From an uncultured bacterium (GTDB lineage Bacteria; Eisenbacteria; RBG-16-71-46): a stretch of DNA of 25,210 bases. Positions 17,733 to 25,210 of the stretch are shown piece after piece. Numbering within the stretch: the stretch's first letter is position 1; the number at the start of each line of letters is the position of its first letter. The notes under the pieces are model-generated. The model saw only the letters and a list, made by a program, of their open reading frames with translations, made no database searches and had not been told where the DNA came from. The position numbers and the translations under genes were made by a program. Location: contig CADEFY010000007.1 in the NCBI GenBank assembly GCA_902826705.1, positions 1 to 25,210 on the forward strand, in the 5' to 3' direction.

Positions 17733-17791
17733 AAGGAGGTGATCCATTGGACAGTTCACGTAGTCGTTCGGTGGAGGTGGCGTCCTCGTAG
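17733..17791 (+). other. Extended Shine-Dalgarno (AAGGAGGTGATCC, perfect complement of the 16S rRNA 3' end) followed by a 14-codon TTG mini-ORF
   Basis: I saw this directly in the sequence. It lies in the convergent intergenic region, 140 nt downstream of the aminotransferase. TTG at 17747, encoded peptide MDSSRSRSVEVASS, stop 17789-17791. Confidence 0.2.
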
Positions 17792-17861
17792 GGGAAGCGC
17801 GGCTGCCGCGAGGCGCTCGTGTGACCCCCAAGCGGGGTGACCCAGCGCTGCCGACACCGAG

Positions 17862-17900
17862 AATCCCAGGGCCCCGGTCCCGCAAGGGACCGGGGCCTCT
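17862..17900. terminator. Hairpin terminator candidate with a GNRA tetraloop between convergent genes
   Basis: The stem is ccccggtccc-GCAA-gggaccgggg (10 bp), followed by cctctgtcttgtcgc on the + strand. It is 20-35 nt beyond the rhomboid stop on the - strand. Confidence 0.45.
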
Positions 17901-17919
17901 GTCTTGTCGCGCGCGGCGT

Positions 17920-18744
17920 TCAGCCGAGCAGCACGCGCGCGAACGCCGCCGCCAGTGCGATCCCCGCGAGCGCTCCGGCGACGCGCGTGAGGCCGCCCGC
18001 GGGCATGCCGCCGAGCCGCTCGCTGAGCGGCAGCACGGCGCCCAGCGCCAGCCCGGCGGCGAGTCCCGCCGCATGCGCCGTGTTGTCCGTGCTCGGCCGT
18101 TCGAAGCCGCTCGCGAACCCGGGCAGCGCCAGGAACAGCACCGAGGCCGCCAGCGCGCGGGCGCGCGTCGGGGCAAGCCGGTCGCGCAGTCGGAACGCGC
18201 CGGTGAGCAGCGCGCCTCCCATGGCGAACGCCACCCCCGAGCCGCCCACGCTCAGGCTCACGCCGCCGGCGTCCACGCGCGCGGCGCGCCACGCGAGGCT
18301 CGCGAGCGAGGCGGCCGTGCCGCCCCACGCGGCCGCGATCCACAGGCCCCAGCGCGTGAACACGCGCTCGACGGCCTGCCCGAGCACGAGCAGCGTGACG
18401 GCATTGAAGCACAGGTGCGACACGCCGCTGTGCAGGAACGTGGACGTGAGCGCGCGCCAGAGCGACGACCATGCGCCCGCACCCGTGACGCTGGCGCCAT
18501 GCGCGACCAGCGCGCTGGAGTCCGGTGCGCCGGGCGAGAGGCCCACGGCGACGGCGCTCATCGCCCAGCTCAGCGCGAGCACGACCGTGCCCCACGGCGT
18601 CACGTCCCCGACGGCACGCCACAGTTCGACCGGGGGCGGTTCGTCGGGATCGGCCTCGGGGAACGCCTCCTCGGACGGGAGCGGGGGCCCCGGCTCGAGT
18701 TCGCGCTCCGGGTCCGGATCGCGCGGCGAGGCGGGGATCACTTC
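17920..18744 (-). CDS. Rhomboid-family intramembrane serine protease
   Basis: GGSGVAFAMGG is the GxSG catalytic-Ser motif. A downstream TM segment carries His (…NTAHAAGLAAGLALG). Multiple TM helices are present. The start is uncertain. A GTG at 18744 overlaps the gpx stop by 7 nt. Alternative starts are a GTG at 18603 or an ATG at 18561. The Pro/Glu-rich N-terminal region would be cytoplasmic. Confidence 0.6.
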   Translation of the reverse strand, partial: EVIPASPRDPDPERELEPGPPLPSEEAFPEADPDEPPPVELWRAVGDVTPWGTVVLALSWAMSAVAVGLSPGAPDSSALVAHGASVTGAGAWSSLWRALTSTFLHSGVSHLCFNAVTLLVLGQAVERVFTRWGLWIAAAWGGTAASLASLAWRAARVDAGGVSLSVGGSGVAFAMGGALLTGAFRLRDRLAPTRARALAASVLFLALPGFASGFERPSTDNTAHAAGLAAGLALGAVLPLSERLGGMPAGGLTRVAGALAGIALAAAFARVLLG

Positions 18745-19331
18745 GCGGGCAGTCGCGACTCGATCGCCTGGACGACCAGCTTGTCGCTCGGATCCACCTT
18801 GGGTTCGAATCGCTCCACCACGCGGCCCTGCGGGTCCACGAGGAACTTGGTGAAGTTCCACTTCACCGGGCCCGGCTTCTGGGACTTCTCGGTGAGGAAC
18901 GCGTAGAGCGGATGCTGCTCGTCGCCCTTGACGTGCAGCTTGGAGAACACGGGGAACGAGACGTCGTACTTGAGCGTGCAGAACTCGCGGATCTCGGCGT
19001 CAGTGCCAGGTTCCTGCCCCATGAAGTCGTTGGCGGGGAAGGCCAGCACCTCGAAGCCGCGCGCGCGGTAGCGATCGGCCAGCGCCTCGAGACCCTCGTA
19101 CTGCGGCGTGAGCCCGCAGCGCGAGGCCGTGTTGACCACCAGCACGAGCTTGCCCGCGTAGTCCGAGAGCGGCACTTCACGCCCGTCCATCGCACGGACC
19201 TTGAAATCATGCACGCTGACTGGCTTGGGAGCGGGCTTGGCGGCCGTGGCGAGCGCGACGAACAACAGGCAGGCCGGCCAGGTGAGGCTGCCCTGCAGGG
19301 CGTTCCAGGGGAGCAGCGAGTCGAGCGACAT
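18738..19331 (-). CDS. gpx: Glutathione peroxidase with an N-terminal signal-like extension (predicted periplasmic)
   Basis: The GPx motifs present are VLVVNTASRCGLTPQYEGLEALADRY, FPANDFMGQEPG and KWNFTKFLVD. The ATG at 19331 has GGAG 9 nt upstream. A hydrophobic segment (WPACLLFVALATAA) precedes the mature VSVHDFKV. An alternative start is at 19373. Confidence 0.75.
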   Translation of the reverse strand: MSLDSLLPWNALQGSLTWPACLLFVALATAAKPAPKPVSVHDFKVRAMDGREVPLSDYAGKLVLVVNTASRCGLTPQYEGLEALADRYRARGFEVLAFPANDFMGQEPGTDAEIREFCTLKYDVSFPVFSKLHVKGDEQHPLYAFLTEKSQKPGPVKWNFTKFLVDPQGRVVERFEPKVDPSDKLVVQAIESRLPAK

Positions 19332-19422
19332 GGCGTGGGCTCCGAGTGGGACTGCGGCGGGGTGGCTCCCCATGATAGATGCAGGAAGGCCGACCTGCGA
19401 TCCCGCCGCAGTCCCGCGAGGA

Positions 19423-20565
19423 CTACTTTCCGCTCGCCTTCTTCTCGAGTCGGGTGATGAACGCCTCGATGTTGCGGCGGTTGGGCTCGTCCGGCGCCGA
19501 GGGCAGCGCCTTCTTGGCCGCGGCGATGGCCTTGGCCGTCTCGCCGAGTCCGTCGTAGCCGCGCGCCAGGCCGAAACCGGTGGGCCACTGGCCGTTGAAT
19601 CGCTTCGCGTTCGTCTCGAACACACGCATCGCGTCCTTGGGCCGGCCGATGCCCTGCAACTGGCGGGCGAAGCCGTGCATGGCGGTGGCCGTCAGCCCGC
19701 CCGACGCCATCGCGCGGTCGATCGTGCGCGTCGCAGCGGCCTCGTCACCGGCGGCCATGTGCGCCATGGCCAGTGTGCTGAGCGTCTGGAAGTTCTCGTT
19801 GCCCACACCGGGCTGCGCCACGGCCTTCTCGGCCCACGCCACCGCCTGCTTGGCCCCGAGCTTGTGCTGCAGCCAGAACTGCGCCGCGGCATCGAGGTTC
19901 CACCAGTCGAACGCCTTGCCGCTGTGCATCTCATCCTGGATCTTCGCGGCGTACAGCGCCGTGGCGTCGGGCACCTTGATCGTGAACGGCACCTGCAGCT
20001 TCTCCCAGCGCAACGCGACCGTGGCCTGCGCCGGCTGGCGGTCCGTGAACTCGTAGGTGAGCCACTCGTGGTACTCGCAGGCCGAGGGCTTCACGGTCAC
20101 ACGCAACGCCTCGTCGCTCGGTTCGTAGAAGTAGCTGCCCCACGCGTCGGCGCGCTTGGTGAAGATCACCGTCCACTCGTCCTTGCCGGCCACCATGTGC
20201 AGCCCGTAGCGGCCCGCGGCGAGCGGCTGGCCCTCGATCGTGACGTCATGCGACACCGCGAATGCCGTGTTCTCGTTGGCGCCGGCACGCCACGGGCAGC
20301 TCTTGCAGTCATTGAAGCCCAGATCGTGCATGCCATAGGGCACGAGCTCGCCCCAGATGTGACCGGTGCGGTCCTCACCGGTGGGCGAGTGCACGTCGGG
20401 ACTGCTGTAGTCGATCGTCACCTTCACGAGGCCGATCCACTGCGAGACCGACGCCTTCTGGTTGTCGCCACTCGGTGGCGTGGAGATGTTCTGCGCGAGC
20501 GCCGACGACGTGGCGATGAGCAGGGCGAGCGAACTGGCGGCGAGTGTGCGGAGCAGCGGACGCAT
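19423..20565 (-). CDS. Exported DUF2911-domain protein with a TPR-like C-terminal region
   Basis: The real start is the ATG at 20565, with AGGA upstream. MRPLLRTLAASSLALLIATSSALAQ is a signal peptide. KASVSQWIGLVKVTIDYSSPDV…GELVPYG is the DUF2911 signature. The N-terminal 227 codons of ORF 19423..21246 are out-of-frame overlap with the upstream gene and were rejected. Confidence 0.7.
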   Translation of the reverse strand: MRPLLRTLAASSLALLIATSSALAQNISTPPSGDNQKASVSQWIGLVKVTIDYSSPDVHSPTGEDRTGHIWGELVPYGMHDLGFNDCKSCPWRAGANENTAFAVSHDVTIEGQPLAAGRYGLHMVAGKDEWTVIFTKRADAWGSYFYEPSDEALRVTVKPSACEYHEWLTYEFTDRQPAQATVALRWEKLQVPFTIKVPDATALYAAKIQDEMHSGKAFDWWNLDAAAQFWLQHKLGAKQAVAWAEKAVAQPGVGNENFQTLSTLAMAHMAAGDEAAATRTIDRAMASGGLTATAMHGFARQLQGIGRPKDAMRVFETNAKRFNGQWPTGFGLARGYDGLGETAKAIAAAKKALPSAPDEPNRRNIEAFITRLEKKASGK

Positions 20566-20701
20566 GGGAGGATCCTCGGGTGGGAGCAGCGACGCGGCAG
20601 GGGGATCTGCGCGGCGCGCAGCATGGGGCCGGTCGGGTCGAGTGCGGCGTGGGGCGCGACGAGAGCCGCAGGCGGCCCGACGAGCGGGGCGCGAGGGGCC
20701 G

Positions 20702-21928
20702 TCAGGGCACTGAGGCGATCGCCGACGCGCCCGCGAGGAACTGCAGCATGCCCGGCGTGCGCAGCGCCCAGTAGGTCTCGTTGTGTGTGTGGCCGGGGGC
20801 TTCGACATGCAGCAGGTCGAGTCCCGGCGAGAACCCCATCGCCACGAGGTTGCTGCGCAGGTCGCGCAGGTCCTGCACATACTGCGCGCTGCCCTCGCTC
20901 GTGCCCATGTCCTGGTACACGCGCTGCAGCCCGGCGCGCGGCCGGCCCGCGGACCATGCACGCATCTCGCGATCATCCCACCACAGGGAGGGCGACAGCG
21001 CCGCGACGCGCGTCCATGTGTCGGAGTAGGCGAGGCCGGCATACAGCGACACGAGTCCGCCCAGCGAGGAGCCCGACATCCAGCGGAAGTTCGGGCCCGC
21101 GAGCGTGCGATAGCGCTGGTCGACCTCGGGCACCAGCACATCGCGCAGGGCCGTGAGGTAGGCGTCCGCGCCGCCGCCGCCGAAGCCCGGATCCGGCCAC
21201 GGGGTGTACTCGTGGATCCGGTTCGCGCCGCCGTTCTCGATCCCAACCACGATCAGCGGGCGAAGCTCGTCACTGGCGATCAACGACTCGCACGCCTCGT
21301 CCACGCGCCACTCGCCCGAGAAGCTCGTGCGGACATCGAACAGGTTCTGCCCATCGTGCATGTACAGCACGGGGAAGCGCTCGCTCGACGTGGCATAGCC
21401 GGGGGGCAGGTACACCCACACGCGGCGTCCGCCCAGGAACGGCGCGTGCGTGAACGACTCGACGTGGCCGGTGATCGTGCCCTGATCGGCCCAGCGTGCG
21501 ACCGTGAAGTCGACGTTCTGCCCGGCCTGCGTGACGAGCGCGCGGTCGGCGATCTCCTCACCCGAGGCGCCCTTCTCCACGCGCGCCCAACTGCCGCGCG
21601 TGAACTTGAAGTGGATCGTGGTGCCGGGCGTGAGGTCCAGGGTGATCGACCAGCGGCCGTCGGGCTGGCGCGTGAGCGCGTGCGCGACGCTGCCCGGGTT
21701 CCAGCCCTGGAAGTCGCCCGCCACGAACACCGTGTCGCCTGCGGGAGTGGCGCTCGGCACGGCGACACGCAGCGAGACGCTGGCCTGCGTCGCCTGCGGC
21801 GCGGCGAGCCGCTCCCCGCGCGCGGGATCGAGCGGATGCGGCGCGCTGCAGCCGGCGAGGAAGACGATGCCGATCAGACCGGCGAGGCGGCCCGCGAGGC
21901 GTCGGAACGTGGAGGGCTGGGGGCGCAT
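20702..21928 (-). CDS. Lipoprotein esterase (PF00756-type putative esterase) with an N-terminal E-set / CBM48-like domain
   Basis: The real start is the ATG at 21928. MRPQPSTFRRLAGRLAGLIGIVFLAGC is a lipoprotein signal. VFVAGDFQGWNPG…TIHFKF is an E-set/CBM48-like domain. VLYMHDGQNLFD and MSGSSLGG (GxSxG) form an enterochelin-esterase-like hydrolase core. Confidence 0.75.
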   Translation of the reverse strand: MRPQPSTFRRLAGRLAGLIGIVFLAGCSAPHPLDPARGERLAAPQATQASVSLRVAVPSATPAGDTVFVAGDFQGWNPGSVAHALTRQPDGRWSITLDLTPGTTIHFKFTRGSWARVEKGASGEEIADRALVTQAGQNVDFTVARWADQGTITGHVESFTHAPFLGGRRVWVYLPPGYATSSERFPVLYMHDGQNLFDVRTSFSGEWRVDEACESLIASDELRPLIVVGIENGGANRIHEYTPWPDPGFGGGGADAYLTALRDVLVPEVDQRYRTLAGPNFRWMSGSSLGGLVSLYAGLAYSDTWTRVAALSPSLWWDDREMRAWSAGRPRAGLQRVYQDMGTSEGSAQYVQDLRDLRSNLVAMGFSPGLDLLHVEAPGHTHNETYWALRTPGMLQFLAGASAIASVP

Positions 21929-21971
21929 GGCACTCAGACGATACCCTCGCACGCTGTACCGAGGCGAGGGG

Positions 21972-22802
21972 TCAGTCCGTGGTGAGCGTGAGGCACATCT
22001 CGAACTGTCCCGTGTCGCGCGTGCCGCCGGCGAGCCGCGCCGCCTCGGCGAGCACGCCCCCCGAGGCCACGTTGAGCAGCCGCAACGTGCGGGCCTCGTG
22101 CACGAGGAGCGCCTGGGCGAGTGCCCGCGCCCACCACGCGGCGTCGCCGCCGCCGCGGGCGTCGAGCAGCGCCCGCGCCTCGCCGGCGCCACGCCAGGTG
22201 ATCGCGCCCTCGAGGCCCTCGAGCGACAGCCGCAGATGTTCCACGCCGGGCGGCCGCTGCGCGAAGCGCGCCCGTGTACCCGCCGAGCGCTGCCAGGGTT
22301 CGGGCTCGAGCAGCGGCCCGCCGGGCTCGGCGCCGGCCTCGAGCGTGAGCCCCGTGGCGACCTCCGCCGCGGGCAGCGACCAGACGTCGACCGCGCGCAC
22401 GTCGCGGAACCCGAGGGATCGATAGAGCGCATGCGCGGCCTCGTTCATCTCGAGCACCTCGAGCCACAGCTCGCTCAGGCCGCGCGCACGCGCGCGTTCG
22501 ATCAGCGCCTGCATCACCACGCGACCGAGGCCGCGGCGCCGATGTGCGGCCACGACCCCCATGCCGCCCACCCAGCCGTGCGGCGGACGCACCGCCAGCA
22601 ACGCCAGGGCCGCCGGGAGGCCATCGACCTCGAGCACCACCGAGTCCGCCAGCGACTCGTCGTAGCACTCCACCATCATCCCCAGGATCGCCTCGTCCAT
22701 GTGCACGGGCAGGGGGTACCCCTCGTAGGCACTGGCGAACAGCGCCGCGAGCGTCGCGAGGTCGAATGCCGAGGCGGGCCGCGGCACCGGGGGAGAGGTC
22801 AT
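21972..22802 (-). CDS. GNAT-family N-acetyltransferase (two-domain)
   Basis: GWVGGMGVVAAHRRRGLGRVVMQALIERA is the acetyl-CoA binding motif A. …LYRSLGF is motif B. Confidence 0.65.
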   Translation of the reverse strand: MTSPPVPRPASAFDLATLAALFASAYEGYPLPVHMDEAILGMMVECYDESLADSVVLEVDGLPAALALLAVRPPHGWVGGMGVVAAHRRRGLGRVVMQALIERARARGLSELWLEVLEMNEAAHALYRSLGFRDVRAVDVWSLPAAEVATGLTLEAGAEPGGPLLEPEPWQRSAGTRARFAQRPPGVEHLRLSLEGLEGAITWRGAGEARALLDARGGGDAAWWARALAQALLVHEARTLRLLNVASGGVLAEAARLAGGTRDTGQFEMCLTLTTD

Positions 22803-22970
22803 GCGGCGCAGGTTCCGCGCCCGTGCCGGCCTGCCACAAGGCCCCCCGGCCGGACGCGGCCGGCCATGCCACCGGCGGGGTTCAGTGAGACCGAACGAGG
22901 GGCCGGGCCGGGTCCAGCCGGAGCAGTTCGGCCTTGCCCCTCGGCGTGCGGTCCAACACTCTCATCGGAA

Positions 22971-22995
22971 GCGCTGCGACCGCACATCGCAGCGC
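22971..22995. promoter_or_regulatory. Inverted repeat GCGCTGCG-n9-CGCAGCGC upstream of the CHRD gene
   Basis: I saw this directly in the sequence. It lies in the 254-bp divergent region, about 60 nt upstream of the 23057 start. Candidate operator or RNA hairpin. Confidence 0.25.
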
Positions 22996-23056
22996 CGTGT
23001 AAGGCCGTCCCCGCCGAGCTGGAGTGTCCCCTCCCACGCCTACCCCGAGGTCCCAC

Positions 23057-23548
23057 ATGCGCGTTCGCCACTCGATCCTCGTTCTGCTCGCCACCGTCGC
23101 GCTCGCTGGCTCGGCGCACGCGGCGACGGGCTTCTCCACCAACATGAACGGCTCGGCCGAGGTGCCGCCCAACGCCTCGACCGCGACGGGCAGCTCGACC
23201 TGCGTGCTGAACGACGCCGGCACGCAGCTCACCGTGTTCGTGCAGTTCCAGAACCTCAGCGCCAACTACTCCGCCTCGCACATCCACGGCTTCTCGGCGC
23301 CGGGCGTCAACTCGGGCGTGCGGTTCGGCTTCACGCCCACGCTGTCCAACGGCAACCGCAACGGCGTGTTCAACGGGACGTGGAACCTGACGGCGACCGA
23401 CGTCACCAACATGATCGCCGGGCTCTGCTACGTGAACATCCACACGACGGCATTCCCGGGCGGCGAGATCCGCGGCCAGCTCGCGGTCGACAACGCCGTC
23501 TCGAACACCCCCTCGACGTGGGGTCGCCTCAAGAAGCTGTATCGCTGA
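23057..23548 (+). CDS. Secreted CHRD-domain protein ending in ...STWGRLKKLYR
   Basis: GAGG sits 7 nt before the ATG at 23057. MRVRHSILVLLATVALAGSAHA is a signal peptide. The CHRD signatures are SASHIHG…PGVNSGV and YVNIHTTAFPGGEIRGQL. Confidence 0.75.
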   Translation: MRVRHSILVLLATVALAGSAHAATGFSTNMNGSAEVPPNASTATGSSTCVLNDAGTQLTVFVQFQNLSANYSASHIHGFSAPGVNSGVRFGFTPTLSNGNRNGVFNGTWNLTATDVTNMIAGLCYVNIHTTAFPGGEIRGQLAVDNAVSNTPSTWGRLKKLYR

Positions 23549-23570
23549 TCGCAGGCCTCTCGGAACGCGG

Positions 23571-23600
23571 AACGGCCCGGGGCGCGTGCCCCGGGCCGTT
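23571..23600. terminator. Bidirectional terminator hairpin between convergent genes
   Basis: The perfect 13-bp stem is aacggcccggggc / gccccgggccgtt with loop gcgt, followed by cgtcttg. It lies between the CHRD stop (23548) and the yceI-like stop (23627). Confidence 0.5.
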
Positions 23601-23626
23601 CGTCTTGCGCATCCGATCGCTGCAGA

Positions 23627-24235
23627 TCAGGACTGGACCTGGTCCGCCTCGAGGTTGAGCTCGATCGTCACGTCGTCTCCCAGCATCACGCCACCCTGGT
23701 CGAGCGTGCGGTTCCAGACGATCCCGAAATCCTTGCGCTGGATCACCGTGGTCGCCGTGAAGCCCGCCTTGGCCGCCGGCTTGTCCGACGAGCCGACCGA
23801 GCCCGCGCCCAGGAAGTCGGCGTCGAAGGTCACCTGCTTGGTGACGCCGCGCATCGTGAAGTCGCCCGTGATCTTGTACTTGCCCTTGCCCGCGGCGACG
23901 ACCTTGGTGCTCTTGAACGCGATGTCCGGGTACTTCTCGACCTCGAAGAAGTCGCCGCTCTTCAGGTGGCCGTCGCGGCGCTCGTTGTCCGTGAAGACGC
24001 TGGCCGACTTGGCGACCGCGTCCACCTTGATCTTGGAGGCGTCCTTCTCGTCGAACGTGATGGTGCCCTCGAACTCGTTGAACTGGCCCTTCACGTAGCT
24101 GAAGAAGTGCTTCACCTTGAAGCCGACCGTGCTGTGATTGCCGTCGACCTTCCAGGTCGTGGTCTGGGCACCGGCCGATACGGCGGTGGCGGCCAGGGCG
24201 AGCGTGACGAGCGCGAGGCTGAGGAACCGCTTCAT
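23627..24235 (-). CDS. YceI-like periplasmic protein
   Basis: The real start is the ATG at 24235, with AAGGAG upstream. MKRFLSLALVTLALAATAVSAGA is a signal peptide. TTWKVDGNHSTVGFKVKHFFSYVKGQFNEFEGTITFD is the YceI family signature. Confidence 0.75.
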   Translation of the reverse strand: MKRFLSLALVTLALAATAVSAGAQTTTWKVDGNHSTVGFKVKHFFSYVKGQFNEFEGTITFDEKDASKIKVDAVAKSASVFTDNERRDGHLKSGDFFEVEKYPDIAFKSTKVVAAGKGKYKITGDFTMRGVTKQVTFDADFLGAGSVGSSDKPAAKAGFTATTVIQRKDFGIVWNRTLDQGGVMLGDDVTIELNLEADQVQS

Positions 24236-24460
24236 CGGGACTCCTTGTGGTCGAGGTTCGGAGCCGACCGTGCGTCGGCAGGGGAGACGATGCGGCCGGA
24301 GGCTAGTCGTCGCTCCCGGCGCCCGGAAGGGGAATCTGCCTTCCGCGCACCACTGAGACGCCCGAACGGGCGCGAAGGGCTCCACATTTTGCCGAGCCCT
24401 GACGCGTGTTCCGACACACAACACGTCGGAGGGTCTGCGGGCATGCCTCGAGAGAGGTCG

Positions 24461-25210
24461 TCAGAGCGCGAAGCGCGCGCGCGCGGACTCGAACTCGGGC
24501 ACGCCGGATCGGCCCGTGAGCGCGAGTGATGCGGCGATCCGTCCCACGGTGGGCGCGAACTTGAAGCCGTGACCGGAACAGGCCGAGACGATCACCGTGT
24601 TCGCCGCCTCGGGCAGCGTGTCGATGATGAAGTCCTCGTCATCGGAGTTCGTATAGAGGCAGGTCTCGGCGTGGACGCGTGCCGCGAGCGGGAGCGTGAG
24701 CTGCGCACGCAGGAACGACTCGACGCCCGCGAGCGTCCCCTCGTCGGGCGGTGCGGCCGCGTCGGGATCGTCGGCGGCGCCCGCTGTCTCGTGGAACGCG
24801 GCCTTCAGCCCCGGCGCGCCGTATCGCGGCAGGCCATAGGCGAGGCCGTTGGGTCCGGGGCCGAAGTACGCCCAGACGGGGAATCGCCCCGGCCCGCTCG
24901 CCGCCGGGTCGCCGAGGACGGGCCAGTAGCCCACGCTCTGCCGCTTCACGGTGAGGCGCTTGCCGAGCGCCGGCACCAGCGAAGCGGCCCACGCTCCGGC
25001 CGCGATCACCAGCCGCGTGGCGGTGATCGCTCCGCGCTCGGTCTCGAGCCGCACGCGATCGCCCAGGGCCTGCCACGCGATCACGCGCGAGTGCTCATGC
25101 ACGTACACGCCCTCCACGGCGCACACGCGTGCCAGCGCCGCGATCGTGGCCGCGGCGTCGATCAGTCCCCCCGTGCGATCGTGCAGCACGCCGGCGGCAT
25201 CGACGAACGT
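24461..25210 (-). CDS. FAD-dependent oxidoreductase, monomeric sarcosine oxidase / N-methyltryptophan oxidase-like. Partial: the N-terminus lies beyond the window end.
   Basis: The frame is open to position 25210. The C-terminal motifs CLYTNSDDEDFIID and SGHGFKFAPTVG are typical of MSOX/MTOX-type flavoenzymes. Confidence 0.65.
   Translation of the reverse strand, partial: TFVDAAGVLHDRTGGLIDAAATIAALARVCAVEGVYVHEHSRVIAWQALGDRVRLETERGAITATRLVIAAGAWAASLVPALGKRLTVKRQSVGYWPVLGDPAASGPGRFPVWAYFGPGPNGLAYGLPRYGAPGLKAAFHETAGAADDPDAAAPPDEGTLAGVESFLRAQLTLPLAARVHAETCLYTNSDDEDFIIDTLPEAANTVIVSACSGHGFKFAPTVGRIAASLALTGRSGVPEFESARARFAL

Noticed and set aside
17733-17745. Possible rRNA gene end (16S 3' terminus on the minus strand)
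   Set aside because: Only about 13 nt match. The adjacent sequence does not continue as 16S, and protein-coding genes occupy the space a 1.5-kb rRNA would need.
17920-18744. Rhomboid as the processing enzyme for the YR-tail proteins (rhombosortase analogy)
   Set aside because: Rhombosortase substrates (GlyGly-CTERM) have a TM helix after the motif. The YR tails are about 10 aa with no TM segment, so the link is unsupported.
19423-22432. N-terminal extensions of ORFs 19423..21246 and 20702..22432 (same strand, overlapping)
   Set aside because: The first 227 and 168 codons respectively are Arg/Cys/Ser-rich with no similarity to anything. Internal ATGs at 20565 and 21928 give proper signal peptides and known domains (DUF2911, esterase).
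1-25210. CRISPR arrays, tandem repeats, IS elements, integrases, tRNAs
   Set aside because: I saw no direct-repeat arrays, transposase or integrase motifs, or tRNA-like cloverleaf candidates on inspection. A computational scan (tRNAscan, CRISPR finder) would be needed to exclude them formally.

Overview
Very GC-rich bacterial chromosomal window with about 26 protein-coding genes on both strands. No rRNA or tRNA genes, CRISPR arrays, transposases or integrases were found. The long Arg/Ala/Pro-rich ORFs in the supplied track are mostly alternate-frame artefacts of the GC bias. Real genes were identified by signal peptides, catalytic motifs and Shine-Dalgarno (SD) spacing, and several real starts lie inside the listed ORFs.

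About half of the encoded proteins carry Sec, Tat or lipoprotein signal peptides, so the window is dominated by cell-envelope and secreted proteins:
- A translationally coupled three-gene operon at 1..3852 (-). It encodes a DUF642-like protein and an HEXXH metallopeptidase, both ending in FlgD-Ig-like C-terminal domains, flanking a predicted outer-membrane protein.
- Three unrelated secreted proteins that all end in the same roughly 10-residue tail, [ST]-[WM]-G-x-[LI]-[KR]-x-x-Y-R. They are a Cys-rich protein, a DUF4114-like protein and a CHRD-domain protein. I think this is a candidate undescribed C-terminal sorting or targeting tag, and it is the most interesting signal in the window.
- A small Tat-signal GatC/AtzG-like protein overlapping a signal-less amidase-signature enzyme, which may be exported together by Tat co-translocation. 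A small lipoprotein gene follows.
- A glutathione peroxidase and rhomboid protease operon, a DUF2911/TPR protein, a lipoprotein esterase with an N-terminal E-set domain, and a YceI-like protein.

Cytoplasmic and housekeeping content:
- pilT translationally coupled to a PATAN/DUF4388-domain protein.
- An aconitase-family dehydratase with the swivel domain first (AcnB-like order), followed by a PLP aminotransferase.
- A PaaI-like thioesterase, a glyoxalase-like protein, a GNAT acetyltransferase and a partial sarcosine-oxidase-like flavoenzyme.

The FlgD-type C-terminal domains, DUF2911 and the GC content suggest a Gemmatimonadota-like organism, but that is inference only.
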